A stretch of DNA of 64,000 nt from an uncultured Nitrososphaeraceae archaeon (GCA_963779615.1 CAVZZA010000001.1:1-64000), one strand, 5' to 3'; positions 20,804 to 33,061 are shown, numbered from the stretch's first letter. Notes: generated by a model from the sequence alone, not told the origin. Program-made: numbers and translations.

Positions 20804-22297
20804 CTAAACATCATAATACCTCATGAACTGTTTTATTTTGGATTTGTCGGCACCAATCTCGGATATTTCCTCGTTTTTTAATTCCACATATGTATTGATT
20901 AAATCATTATGAAAACAGAGGTTAAGGTAACCGGAATCGCTTTTTAATTCCGACAATGATTCTTCCAGGCTACCCGGGAGTGTATTTATTCCTAAACTTT
21001 TTCGCTTTGAATCAGTCATTTTATAAATGTCTTCCAGAATAGGGTTTCCAGGATCTATCTTTTTGTTTATTCCATCTATTCCCGCTGCTACAATGGCGGA
21101 AAATGCAAGATAAGGATTCGCAGAGGGATCTGGGGCCCTAAACTCAATCCTTTTTGATTTGGCATTTCCTTTTTCATTCACGGGCACCCTTATCACAGCA
21201 GATCTGTTTCCCCTCGCCCAAGCTATATACACCGGAGCCTCAAATCCTGGAATGATTCGTTTATAGGAATTTATTAGGGGGGTCACAAGCGCAGCTAATG
21301 ATCCAGCGTGGTCAAGTATGCCGCCTACAAAATAGCGTCCAGTTTGGCTAAGCTCTGCATAATCATCATTTTCATCGTAAAACAAGTTTTCATTTTTGGA
21401 TGATGATTTTGTCCAAAGACTTATGCTCACATGCATGCCAGAACCATTGTCACTGTTTTCAGGGTTATTATCATCAAATATCGGTTTGGGCATAAAATTC
21501 GCAACCTTGTTATGCTCTTTTGCAACATTTCTGACCACATCCTTGTAGAACTGGACATTGTCTGCGGATTTTGTTAAATAGCTGTGCATAAAATTAATCT
21601 CTATCTGACCGCTACTGGCAACCTCATGATTTAGGTTTGTTACGTCTATATCAAAATACTTTTTTAAAATAGTGGCAACTTCAAATCGAAACTCTATCAA
21701 TGAATCTTGAAATGACGGTACATCATAGCCAGCCTTTTTACGAATTGGGTATTTCCCTATCCCATATTGTTCCGTAGATAATATGGTCACATCGTTATCT
21801 GGTTGTTGATTGTTGTTGTTGTTGTTTTGCAATTTATTAATGGTATTAATATTACTGCTATTGTTATCAAAAACTATTTGATCGAAGATAAAACATTCAA
21901 CTTCTGCCCCAACCTGACATGTAATTTGATTTACTGCAAGGTGATCTTCCAATACCTGCGAGACATGTCGTGGATCTTTAATGGATCTACCCTGATTATA
22001 ACCATTGTAAACATCTGCTATAACTGCGTTTATTTCAAATTCAGATAATGGTATTCTTTTCAGTGTCTCTCTGTCAGGATACAGCATCATATCAGATTCA
22101 TCTATAGTTGCAAAACCTTTTACAGAAGATCCGTCCAATCCTATGCCTGATCTAAAGATATCGTGGATGTGTCCCTTGTCGGTTTGGACATACTTTGCAA
22201 GAAACTTTCCCAAAAGGTCCGTATATCTTACCTGTATAAATTCTAAATCAGCAGCAGCATTTTTTTTAGGTTGTTGAGGATATAGTGTATCATTCAT
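20804..22297 (-). CDS. glnA: glutamine synthetase type I
   Basis: DGSS, GAEVECF, HEVA..GQIEI, FMPKP, NGSGMH, NSYKR..PGFEAP, NRSA.IRVP, RIEFRAPDPSANPYL. Confidence 0.96.
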   Translation of the reverse strand: MNDTLYPQQPKKNAAADLEFIQVRYTDLLGKFLAKYVQTDKGHIHDIFRSGIGLDGSSVKGFATIDESDMMLYPDRETLKRIPLSEFEINAVIADVYNGYNQGRSIKDPRHVSQVLEDHLAVNQITCQVGAEVECFIFDQIVFDNNSSNINTINKLQNNNNNNQQPDNDVTILSTEQYGIGKYPIRKKAGYDVPSFQDSLIEFRFEVATILKKYFDIDVTNLNHEVASSGQIEINFMHSYLTKSADNVQFYKDVVRNVAKEHNKVANFMPKPIFDDNNPENSDNGSGMHVSISLWTKSSSKNENLFYDENDDYAELSQTGRYFVGGILDHAGSLAALVTPLINSYKRIIPGFEAPVYIAWARGNRSAVIRVPVNEKGNAKSKRIEFRAPDPSANPYLAFSAIVAAGIDGINKKIDPGNPILEDIYKMTDSKRKSLGINTLPGSLEESLSELKSDSGYLNLCFHNDLINTYVELKNEEISEIGADKSKIKQFMRYYDV

Positions 22298-22987
22298 TAT
22301 TTTTCAGACTCAATTAACCATATATCAATAATAGAATAAATAACTTTTTTTGAAATTCTTTTTTTTAATACTTTTTTTTAAATAATAATAAGAATAATAA
22401 GAATAACAACAACAACAAGAGGAAGCAAAGGAGGATGAAAAGCACAACCACCACCCAATTACTTCAATTCACCATAAAAACATCACAGATTTAAAAATGC
22501 AACCTAAGGAGTAATCATGTTGTTTGGCGAGCACAATGATTTAACTTGAACCAGAAATGTATAAGTTAACCTTGGCAAAATAAAAAACGCTAGTGCAAGA
22601 ATAACCACAAACTTTGAATGCTTAAAGGCTAATAGCACAATATACCCAACTGAAACCTAAATTTGTGAATGTTTTATAGGTATGGATTTGCAGACTGGCT
22701 TAAAGGGTTTTTAATTTACAGATGATTATCAATATCTAAAGATGAGTGATGAGTCCAAATAAGTCATCAAAGAATTTTCTTTCACTTTTGGGTCTCAACT
22801 ATCAAATATCATAATAAATTTTACTCAAATATCATGATCATAACACACAGTAAAAATCTAGCAGGTAGATATAGATAAAAAATAAAATGCAATCGTGCCA
22901 AAATATGACATAGATAAGGAAAAGCGTCGAGAAAAGAAATAGATAGACCTGTTTAATGAATAAAAATACTAAGTTTATTAAAAAGAC

Positions 22988-23170
22988 CTAAGATTTTTTT
23001 ATATGTGACTTTATTTTCTGTTGCATTTCAGGTGTCAATATTTCCTCTGCTTTGAAATGATGATCTTGAACTGCATGCTGTTCTGCATTTTTCATAATTT
23101 CTTCTTCTGTTTCACCTTTGCAAACATAATCACAATCCATTCCTACTTCTCTACATGATACTGTTAACAT
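22988..23170 (-). CDS. DUF1059 small metal-binding protein
   Basis: SCREVGMDCDY.CKGETEEE....AEQHA...H. Confidence 0.88.
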   Translation of the reverse strand: MLTVSCREVGMDCDYVCKGETEEEIMKNAEQHAVQDHHFKAEEILTPEMQQKIKSHIKKS

Positions 23171-23239
23171 AAATTCTTTAGCAAACCTCTTGCTAATAAG
23201 ATTTAATATCTAAAAAAAAGAGCAGGATTAATCAACGCT

Positions 23240-23730
23240 CAAAAACCGATTTGCAAGTTGTCAAACAAATGCACAACTCCCTCATCGGTAACCTCCAAAG
23301 CAATGATCTCTTTGGTCTTTATGTTCGCGGCAACGTGGATTTTAAGATAACCCTTCTTCTAATTTTGTGTATTCCACTTTCATGCATCCACTGGCATCTG
23401 TTTGTTACCTTGATACCGATACTGTCTATTGTTTGGCAGGTTCTTCCAGTTGTTGCCTTTATGGTTCCCTCTGTTTGCCTATACGGCAGATGAAGGTAAA
23501 CTCTGATGTAGCCAATAACAAGAATAAGGGAATCAAGATACCTGTGCTTTCTGCCTTCCTTCTTCTCGTTCATCTCATCAATCTCTATGTCACACCACAA
23601 ATTCAGAAATTCATAAGCAAAGAGAATCTCCCCTCTTCTTACCGGGGACCAGTTATAGGAAAGGCCAGTCAGTCAATAACGTTGGTTTGATTTAATCCCA
23701 GCTAAATAGATTGGGTTATGCAACAAAGCA
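23240..23730 (-). mobile_element. truncated, frameshifted IS5-family (IS903-like) element (inner boundary approximate)
   Basis: Single IR TGCTTTGTTGCATAACCC (minus strand, 23730-23713). Transposase fragments SYN..VRRGEILF, LHLPYRQTEG, DS.GIKVTNR. Confidence 0.75.
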
Positions 23731-23827
23731 CTCTTTAAGTAATCCCATAAAAATTGAGCCTGTATACTCAGATTATCAAAGATTGTTAATTTGTTAATTT
23801 TTATAATGGGCTACACTTCAATATTTA

Positions 23828-24595
23828 TTGCTACATATAAACATAGGAAACAATATTGTTAATTTTGGCCTTATTGTAGTTGATATGCAAAATGGCTTTG
23901 TCAGTAAAGGTGGTTCATATGATAAATTGGGCATGAGCATAGAGGGTTATCAAAAGGCAATCCCTAAAATTCAAGAATTAATTAGTTTCTGCAGAGAGGA
24001 ATATATTCCGATATTTTATACCGAAGCAATACGAGAACCCAGCGGGATTGATTTGCTACTCAATGTACACAACATTCTTCCCAGATCAAGGGAAGAAAGA
24101 TTACAAAACAAAAAGATACCAATATGTGTTAGGGGAACATGGGACGCTCAGACAATTGACGAGATAAAACCCGCAGAAAAAGATCACATTATACTGAAAA
24201 GGCGTGATTCTGCATTTCAGGACACTGAGCTACGAGTATGGCTTCAAAGCATAAGGGTAAATACTCTTATCTTTTGCGGAATAGATACGTCCATTTGTGT
24301 TGAGTCGTCATTAAGGGATGCATTTAACTTGGGATATGATGTGATATTGGTTTCTGATGCTACCGCTTCTGGAATCAGTAAGCATTATGAAACGACAATA
24401 GAAAGGATCAGAGACTATTACGGGATAGCCATAGACTGTAGCCATCTACGAAAAATGATAAAGACATTGGAACAAATCAATGATGGAGAAACAGAATATG
24501 ATAATGAGGCTAATGGTAGAATCATGGCGTTTCTTGAGAAACACGATTTAATAGATGTACGAAAAAGAAAAAAGAACTCAAATTTAGCAGCCTAG
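23828..24595 (+). CDS. isochorismatase-family cysteine hydrolase (RutB-like)
   Basis: Catalytic triad contexts VVDMQN, ILKRRDSAF, GIDTSICV. Confidence 0.9.
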   Translation: MLHINIGNNIVNFGLIVVDMQNGFVSKGGSYDKLGMSIEGYQKAIPKIQELISFCREEYIPIFYTEAIREPSGIDLLLNVHNILPRSREERLQNKKIPICVRGTWDAQTIDEIKPAEKDHIILKRRDSAFQDTELRVWLQSIRVNTLIFCGIDTSICVESSLRDAFNLGYDVILVSDATASGISKHYETTIERIRDYYGIAIDCSHLRKMIKTLEQINDGETEYDNEANGRIMAFLEKHDLIDVRKRKKNSNLAA

Positions 24596-24899
24596 GAAAA
24601 TATGACGACTTGCAGAAAAAAATGAGTTATGTGTGTTGTCCTTATTATTACCCTTTACAATATCTGAACTTTATCTACTGTTTCTAATGATGGTGGTGAA
24701 GTCACGTAGAAAAATGATGATACAATGAGAACAGACATTCCTAATAACGGCCTTCTTAGATTGTTTTTCGTGATCGACATAATCCTTAATTTTTCTTTTG
24801 TGTATGGATAATCTGAAACAATCAATAAAAGGGGATACGCATACATGACGCCCGCAAATTTCCCTAATGACAGTTTATAAATTTTACCATCAACAGTAG

Positions 24900-25566
24900 G
24901 GCCCTGTTAACTTAAGAAAATGCTATAGATGAAAGGCGGTCATAACATGCATTGAAACATCAAAGTAGGAGAACAAAGTCAAAAGATATCGCCTATGGGC
25001 TATTCCTTTACTTACTTGGTCTCTCCTATAGAAATACTGTAAAGGCATTAAGCAGGTTTGTTCACAGAAGCCATATGTATCGGTATGGAAATGGGTACAA
25101 AAATACAAACCGAAAAGAGTTTCAAGAAAAAGAAAGAAAATAAATGAATTTATCATTGATAAAACCCTGATTAAAATTGATTGAGTTCATATGGCTTTGG
25201 GTTGCAATTGAGCCAAAAGATAAGGAAATTCTCTCAATAAACATATCCAGAGAGCACAACATGCTGTTAGCCGAACGTTTTCTGTCCAATCTTTTGGAAG
25301 AGCATGGTCAATACCCTGTTTCAACGGATGGTGGCACGTGGTACCCACAAGTCTGCAGATTCCTAAAGTTGAAACATCATCTTCATTCCTCTTTTGAGAA
25401 GAGTTTGATTAAAAGGACAATTCAATACATCAAGGACAGGATTGAGTCATTCGATGATTGTTTTCCTTGCAGGAGAAAGAACTGCAAACTAAAGCACATG
25501 AGGAAATGGTTTGATTTACTCATTGGATTTTACAATAAAGAAGTTATATGTTAAGTTAACAGAGCC
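24900..25566 (+). mobile_element. IS6-family element with frameshifted transposase
   Basis: IRs GGCCCTGTTAACTTAA / TTAAGTTAACAGAGCC; 8-bp TSD AACAGTAG (24892-24899, 25567-25574); WLWVAIEP, STDGGTWY motifs. Confidence 0.93.
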
Positions 25567-25613
25567 AACAGTAGTATTTGCTCTTATTTATATTATGTTT
25601 ACCTATCATAGAC

Positions 25614-26292
25614 ATGAATCAGGATTTTGATTGGAGTGACACTATAAAAAAGGAAGCAAGGGGAAGAAATGACGAAGATTTAGGTGAAGTACAGGAAATA
25701 TCAGACGGGAATGTGGTAGGTACAAAAGGGTTTAATAAGTAAAGAAAAATTTTACATTCCCCAAAGCCTAGCGGAAAGTTACGATGGTTCTGTTCTGAGG
25801 TTTAGCGTTTCTGAAGAGGATGTTGTAAATAAATATGCGGGGGATTCATCGCCACCTTCTATAGAAGATCAATATTCTTCCACCACCGCGATCGATAGCG
25901 GAGGTGGCAGTGGCGGTGGAATACAGGTCGAAGAAAATGAAGAAAATACAATACCGGTAACAGATGAAAAACTAGACGTAACAAAAGACATCCAAGAAAG
26001 CCAAACTACACTAACCAAAGAGCCCATCACTGAAACTAAAACAGTTGAAGTGCCAATAACTCATGAGGAGGTAACGATTGAAATAAGGCCTCCGAGCGGA
26101 CAGACCAAAGCACAAGAGCCAGTGTCATCCAAAGAGAACATAACAATACCGTTAAAAAAGGAAGAGGTAGAGGTATCAAAAATCCCTTTTGTTAAAGAAG
26201 AGGCAGTGGTAAAAAAGAATCCGATAACAGAAGCAAAGGAAATTTCAGAGGAAACAACATCTGAAAAAATCAATACACATGATGCAGAATAA
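25614..26292 (+). pseudogene. PRC-barrel-like + YsnF/AvaK (DUF2382) protein, frameshifted
   Basis: MNQDFDWSDTIKKEARG..DLGEVQE, then a frameshift near 25735 into KEKFYIP..YDG...EEVTIE..IPLKKEEVEVSK..VKEE. Confidence 0.75.
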
Positions 26293-27263
26293 CAAAAATA
26301 TAAAAGAATACTAATCCTTTTTTCCCCGTTCTTTTTTAACCTATGTGTTTTCTTTACTTTCTTTTTTTTAAATTCTTTTTTGTTATTTATCCATTGAATC
26401 AAGATAAAACAGTTTTTGAATCTAGGCTTTTACTTAATTGCCTGAAAAAAATCCGACAACAATACAAATTGTTGAAGATATGTAAATAATATCCCATTGG
26501 CCAATTTTTTAGCAACATGTGTACTTTTTTTTAAAAGATAATTAACCTGCAAATACAGGTCTATTCTGCAGAATAGCATTATAATACGATATATAAATAT
26601 ACAATAATAGATTTTGACAATATCTTCAATATCCACATGACAGATAGAAAAAAGCGACACACAAATGAAATAGTTTAAAGAATAGAATAAAATAAGGAAA
26701 TCATTTTGTCCAAGACATATTTATTTGTTTTTTAAGAAGGATTAATCAATGAAACGGTATAAACAATTTTATAGATACTAAAAACCAGAACATGTCGAAT
26801 GCAAAAATCAACAGGGTATTCAAAGAGCATGAAAACGAATTGGCCAGAACAACCCCATTAGCAAGTTTTTAAAAGTTTTGCTCTCCAAAAAATTTAAAGA
26901 TATTTGCGTCACAAATCATATAAAAAAATCAAAAGGACACACCTTGGACTAATAACAAATTTAAGGAACAAGAGGAACAAAGTGTAATAATGCTATTGGT
27001 AATCCAAGAGTGTCTTGTCATCATATTGAAATAACAGAAGCAACAATCATGTGTTATTGCTATAGTTTATTCAATATCCATATTCCATCTGATCACCACT
27101 ATTACCCTCCTGTTGGGCAAATAATGCAAGTTTATTTGTTAATTCCATTTATTGTTACATATTTTTAATTTTTTCAGTAAAACATTAAAAATTTACATAA
27201 TCAAACAACGATATAAAACAAATTTTGATATATCACCCCGTTATTTACATATTTTATAAGTGA

Positions 27264-28856
27264 ATGGAATTGAGCATACTACAAAGGCTTTCCTCCAAAA
27301 TAATGATAAAAATTGGAATATTGTCCCTAATCCAAATTGTTTTTATAATTATTATTTTTGGCATACTAACGTATGTTCAATCACAACAAACTCTCTTGGG
27401 AAACACCATCAACATAGCAGGCAAAAATCGTTTTCTTACATTAAACATTCTCTATGAAATATCAGAGTATATTACAAAATCAACAACAGAAGCAACAAAT
27501 TACAACAGAGATGGCATTTCCCAAATAAAGGCCGCAGAGGAACAGCTTGAAAATAACATAATAACATTGAAAGAAGGCGGAAAAACTTCAGGTATAGAAT
27601 TAGAACCACTTTCACCAGAATTTACAAACACATGGAATACAATCCATGAAAAATGGACAGAATTGAAAACCAAGTTAGCTGACCGAGTCTACAAGAATAT
27701 AGACGAGCAGAGACAAGAGGATGCAAATAAAAATTCTAATCAAGCAACAGCCATTACAACAACAGGCAATTCTCTAAAACAAGAACTCACTCCAATGGCT
27801 TTTGACCTTATTAACTCATCCGACATCCTAGTTACACATTTGGGACAAGTAGTTAAAAAAAATTTGAATGAGCTTATCATATTACAGGTAATTTTCGGTA
27901 TAATGAATGCATTACTAATTCTTTTCATATTGTTTTTGGTTGGACGTTTGCTTAAGCCTGTTTCTCTACTAACTAAGGCCACTTCAGAGGTAAAAAAAGG
28001 GAATCTCAAGGTATCAATCAATTACAAGGGCAGGGATGAACTCTCAGTTCTCGCCGACTCTTTCAACTCCATGGTCTCCACAATAAAAAACTATATCAAA
28101 AAACAAACAGAATTAACAGATGAACTAACTTCGTTAAACTTGCAATTAAGAGATGCAGACAAGGCAAAGGACGAATTTATCAACATAGCAGCACATGAAT
28201 TTCGCAACCCCGTTCAATCAATAGCCATTTCAGTAAGTCTACTTATAGATAAAATAAAAGATAGCGAACAAAGAACATTGCTAGATGTTGCAATTAGAAA
28301 TTCGAAGAAATTAAAAATATTAACTCAAAATCTACTAGAGATTTCGAAAATTGAAAGCAAGTCATTAAAACTAAATAAAGAAGAATTTTCTTTTAATGAA
28401 CTCGTCACAGAAATTATCAAAGATTATGAGGATAGTGTTTTTTTTAACTCTTCAAATTTAAAAATCATCTATAGCAGTTCCGATAAAGACCTTTTGGTTT
28501 ATGCAGATAAAAACAGAATATGCCAAGTTCTAACCAATTTAATTGACAACTCCATTAAATTTATTTCAAATGAAGGCGTTGTATTGATAACAGCTAAAAA
28601 GAAAGAAACGAATGGTTATGATAACGGCATTGAAGAAATGGTTGTTGTTACTGTAAAAGATTCAGGCACTGGAATAGACCCGGAGATAATGCCACGATTG
28701 TTTACCAAGTTTACTACAAAATCTTTTCAAGGCACGGGACTAGGATTGTACATCTGCAAAAACATTATCGAGGCACACGGCGGAAAGATATGGGCGGAGA
28801 ACAATAAAGATGGAAAAGGAGCCACTTTTTCATTTAGTTTGCCTGTATGCGACTAA
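27264..28856 (+). CDS. membrane HAMP-domain sensor histidine kinase
   Basis: Two TM segments, HAMP (GRDELSVLADSFN), H-box AAHEFRNP, N-box NLIDNSIKF, DSGTG, GTGLGL. Confidence 0.95.
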   Translation: MELSILQRLSSKIMIKIGILSLIQIVFIIIIFGILTYVQSQQTLLGNTINIAGKNRFLTLNILYEISEYITKSTTEATNYNRDGISQIKAAEEQLENNIITLKEGGKTSGIELEPLSPEFTNTWNTIHEKWTELKTKLADRVYKNIDEQRQEDANKNSNQATAITTTGNSLKQELTPMAFDLINSSDILVTHLGQVVKKNLNELIILQVIFGIMNALLILFILFLVGRLLKPVSLLTKATSEVKKGNLKVSINYKGRDELSVLADSFNSMVSTIKNYIKKQTELTDELTSLNLQLRDADKAKDEFINIAAHEFRNPVQSIAISVSLLIDKIKDSEQRTLLDVAIRNSKKLKILTQNLLEISKIESKSLKLNKEEFSFNELVTEIIKDYEDSVFFNSSNLKIIYSSSDKDLLVYADKNRICQVLTNLIDNSIKFISNEGVVLITAKKKETNGYDNGIEEMVVVTVKDSGTGIDPEIMPRLFTKFTTKSFQGTGLGLYICKNIIEAHGGKIWAENNKDGKGATFSFSLPVCD

Positions 28857-29242
28857 AGATAGAAATACTTTTACTAGCATGTCATAATTTAAAACACAGC
28901 CATGTCGGCAATATGTTAAAGAATTAAAACATATTTAGGTTCGGAGATAAATTAAATCCCGCAGATAAAAAGAATTATTGTTTTTTTTTTGTAATATAAT
29001 AATCCATTACAAAAACATTCAAAGCAAAAAAATAAAGGATCGAAATCTTTGGTGCGCTACCACTGGTGAAGGTAATGTGACTCTTAAAGGATCTGCACAT
29101 GTATCGAATGTCCCCATTACTAGAACCACAATTATTTTTACAATAGGGTTCTAGCACTATAAGATTAATGACAAATTTGACTATAAAATAAATTCTTGAT
29201 TGTTTTATGTTCTTTTACATTAATGATTAATGATGTTTAATC

Positions 29243-29908
29243 GGCTCTGTTCACTTAAGCGTCTTCAATTCCCTGCTTATGAAAATCTACAAATAGATTC
29301 AGCCAATTCACTACATGCTTTAGTTTGCATTTCTTTTTTCTGCATGGAAAGTAATCATCAAAACTCTCCGTTCTGTCCTTTATGTACTGCATTGTCCTTT
29401 CAATGATGCTTTTCTCATATGAGGAATGCAGATGATGGTTTAGTCTTTAAGAATCTACATGCTTGTGGATACCATGTGCCTCCGTCTGTGGAAATTGGAT
29501 GTCCATCATGATGTTTGATTAAACTCGAGATAAATCGCTCTGCAACACAGATGTTTCGTTCCCTTGATATGCTAATCCCAAGAATCCCCTTACTTCCAAC
29601 TTCAATCGCAACCCATAACCAAACGTATTCTGGACCGACCTTAAGGACTGTCTCGTCTATAACATACTCTGAAACCTTCTTTTTCTTTGATGAAATTTGA
29701 GGGTTATACTTTTGTATCCAGTTCCAGATAGATACACGGTTTCGTTTGACAAAGCATGAGGACAGTATTTGAGAGGTTCTCCCTAAAGGCAGACCTGAAA
29801 AATAAAAGTACAATCCATAGCCAACATACACTGAGGGTGTCCTGTTTCTTCGAATCACAATGGAAATAGACATTCAAACTATATCTTTATCATCAAGTGA
29901 ACAGAGCC
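29243..29908 (-). mobile_element. IS6-family element with frameshifted transposase, no TSD
   Basis: IRs GGCTCTGTTCACTT / AAGTGAACAGAGCC; IDET and STDGGTWY motifs; the two flanks differ. Confidence 0.9.
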
Positions 29909-30046
29909 TACGAGATGATGTTTAGCATTTTTTGATTTAGAAATTAACCGGTTATTTAACACTTGTTAAGTAAAACCAATGTATATTTATCAGATGTAAA
30001 CAAAAGAATACGGAAAGTTTATCTTTGTTATTGTAGTGAAATGTAA

Positions 30047-30907
30047 ATGCAGGTCGCGAAAAAAACTTTTAATAGCTCCCTCCCAGACATAACAAGTGAA
30101 TTAGAAAAGTCAAACAATTTGTCAGAGTTAAAAGATAGAGACATAATTTCCGAAGCCAAAGAGATAATGGCGATATTTCCCACAGTAAAATCTGTGCTTT
30201 CTACCTACAATTCAGCACTGATACAGCAGCTGATTTTTACAATGCGAGACAATTTCAATGACAGCGACAATAATCATGAAGGTGCAATTAACAATAATCC
30301 AAAGGTTAGGATCATAATCCCTCAGGACAAAGAAATCGACGACATCATCCAAAGATTCAGGCAAAACAAAAATACGCACATACGCAATATTTCAGAAATC
30401 AATGACATTTTTGTCGACAAGGCCATATTCATCATCATAGACAGAAAAATTTCCATAATCATTAAAATAAACGAGCAGGACGGTGATGACAATAATGACG
30501 ATACCAACAACAGTACTAGCAATAACAACAATAGCAAGAGTAATGGCTTTGCCCCAAGAAGGAAGGCGACTTTTACGTATAGCAGGTATGACAATGAGTC
30601 CGGCAACAGACCGGTTGTCTTTTCTCACATGGCAGTCTTTGAAATGCTATGGAAACTAACAGAAACCATGCAAAAGATAACAAACAGCGATAAGGTGAGG
30701 GAAGACTTTGTCAACATTTGTGCGCACGAATTAAGGAGCCCAATACAGCCAATACTCGGATTGTCAATACTTGTTAAAAATAAAATAACAGATGCAAACC
30801 AGCGTGAGATACTCGACGTCATAATCAGAAACACACAAAGACTAAAAAGGTTGGCAGATGACCTGCTTGAAGTTACAAAGATTGTCTACCCCTCACAATG
30901 GAAATAG
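30047..30907 (+). pseudogene. histidine kinase truncated after the HisKA domain
   Basis: CAHELRSPIQPI H-box. The ATPase domain is missing and the ORF runs into an IS6 end fragment. Confidence 0.82.
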
Positions 30908-30948
30908 GCATCTTCAAGCTATAGATTTATCGTTAAGTGAACAGAGCC
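30892..30948 (-). mobile_element. orphan IS6 left-end fragment (~57 bp)
   Basis: TCACAATGGAAATAGGCATCTTCAAGCTATAG...TTAAGTGAACAGAGCC matches the left ends of the IS6 copies at 29908 and 36226. Confidence 0.85.
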
Positions 30949-31102
30949 ATATTTTGTATGTTATCTAAGTATCTGGGAAAGTAAGAGTATCGTTTCTTAA
31001 TATTTCCATTCGGAATCTAGTTTTACAGGCACAACTAAAATACCGTAGTTTATCAATAAAGTCAGTTGATGAAAATAAATGTCGCCGTTTATCTATTAAT
31101 TT

Positions 31103-31490
31103 TTGCCAATTTATAACAAGGTCTCCGGGTTATGTATTTTCATACTGACAGCAATAACCATCAATAACAGTTTATCGTTATCTTCCAATGCATTGGCGCA
31201 AAACACATCCTTAGCCGATATTTCCATTTTAAATGATAAACTCAAATCAGTTGGCAATCTTGGAAAATACATTAAAGCTATAAAATACTATGACAAAATC
31301 TTGAAAATAGCCCCTATTAACATGGATGCATTGACAGGCATGGTATTATGGCATTATATTGTGTAATCTTGGTGATAACATTGGATCTGTAAATTTTTTA
31401 CAACGTGTTGACAGTAAATTCTACATCCTAACATATTTTGTTTGATAAAGATGTTTCTCTATATGGGTTGAAAGATTATGCAGGAGCAAT
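31103..31490 (+). pseudogene. degraded secreted TPR-repeat protein (3' boundary approximate)
   Basis: Signal-like N-terminus, LGKYIKAIKYYDKILKIAP TPR pattern, then frame breaks. Confidence 0.55.
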
Positions 31491-31800
31491 ATAGAGGAAA
31501 ATTAGAACATATCACCTGCAATATTGAAGTTTGCCAGCATACCAATATCCAACAAATAAAAATGAAATTCCATCATCAATATACCAAAAGATCTCATTAG
31601 ATGTCAAACTGTATAGAGGCAAACGGTTTAAATGGTAATTGATTAAGTATTGCAATACACATGGCCAAAGGTGCAGTAATTAAGGGTCAACTTGTACGAT
31701 TGGTCTTCATATACGCTTTCTGATACTTTTGAGATCCTTCAGGAAAACCTTTTCGTTTGCCCAACATATGTTATAAGATACTGAAACAAAAGGACATACA

Positions 31801-32916
31801 ATGAAATCTGACGATGAACATTCTTGGAAGATGTTTAGAGGCAATTCAATGCATACGGGAACATCACCCTCCAAAGTATCAAAAAGACCGCATCTTCAAT
31901 GGGTGATTGAGTTGGGGCCTCTTGTTGCGTCACCTGTTGTTAATAATGGTACTCTTTTCGCTGCAACCACTACAGGGAGGGTTTTTGCACTGGACATATT
32001 TCACAAAAAAATAAAATGGCATTCAAACATTGGTAGTCCTTTAGTATCCTCACCATTACTTTATGGTGATTTGCTAATAGGCGCTACCTTTGACTCATGG
32101 GTTAATGAAACAAGTTTTCTTGGAAAAAACGTGGTTTTTGCGTTAAATACAAAGTGCGGCGAGAATGTGTGGAGCTTTGAAATAGGTGGGGACATATTTT
32201 CTTCTCCATGCGTAGCAAGAAACATGATAATTATAGGTTCTTTAAATAAAAGTCTACTTGCATTAGATATTAACGGGAATTTAGTGTGGGACTTTAAAAC
32301 TCAAGGAGAAGTTTGGTCCTCTGCTTCTTTTAATGGAGATGAACAAATATTTGTGGGTTCTGACGATGGATTTCTGTACTGCCTAAACACAGATGGCACA
32401 TTACAATGGAGGACAAAATTGAATGGCAAAATTAGATCATCCTCTCCATGCATATCAGAACATAACAACCCCATGGTGTTTATAGGAACCCATAATGGTG
32501 CAATATACTGCCTAAACCTGTGTGATGGGTCAATAATCTGGAGTAAACAGACGACAAAGCCAGTGTTAAGTTCACCTGCAGTATTAAAAGAAAGAGTGTA
32601 CTTTGCAGCGTCAGATAATAATGTATACTGTTTTGATTGCAATACTGGTTTGAAAATATGGGAATTTGCAACAGACGACAGAATATGGTCATCCCCTGTT
32701 ATAGCTGAAAATGACGGAGTATTGTTTTGTGGCTCCCTTGATTCGCATATCTATGGGCTGGACATCAAAACGGGAAATCAAACATGGAGATTTCCAACCA
32801 TGAATATAATAGATTCTTCTCCTTGCCTAGCCAGCAATATGCTCTTTGTGGGAGGCAGGGATGGTTTTCTATATGCTTTTGGCCCACAGTATGCTACACC
32901 CTCCCATACAATGTAA
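31801..32916 (+). CDS. PQQ-like (BamB-type) beta-propeller repeat protein
   Basis: WKMFRGN..HTG, then repeated SSP...GS.DG.LY.L....G...W units; no signal peptide. Confidence 0.9.
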   Translation: MKSDDEHSWKMFRGNSMHTGTSPSKVSKRPHLQWVIELGPLVASPVVNNGTLFAATTTGRVFALDIFHKKIKWHSNIGSPLVSSPLLYGDLLIGATFDSWVNETSFLGKNVVFALNTKCGENVWSFEIGGDIFSSPCVARNMIIIGSLNKSLLALDINGNLVWDFKTQGEVWSSASFNGDEQIFVGSDDGFLYCLNTDGTLQWRTKLNGKIRSSSPCISEHNNPMVFIGTHNGAIYCLNLCDGSIIWSKQTTKPVLSSPAVLKERVYFAASDNNVYCFDCNTGLKIWEFATDDRIWSSPVIAENDGVLFCGSLDSHIYGLDIKTGNQTWRFPTMNIIDSSPCLASNMLFVGGRDGFLYAFGPQYATPSHTM

Positions 32917-33061
32917 AGAAGTCAAATGCATCATTAGTCTGCAGATTCATCACAATCTATATCGCTGGCATGTGCAAAACTTTTTACCTAGCAATATGTT
33001 GTTAGGCACTATGTTCAGGTTTAGACCTTATTTATATAGTTTATTACACATGTTCAATTAA

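Noticed and set aside
29243-30948. Composite transposon carrying the kinase fragment
   Set aside because: The outer flanks (GTTTAATC vs ATATTTTG) show no target duplication.
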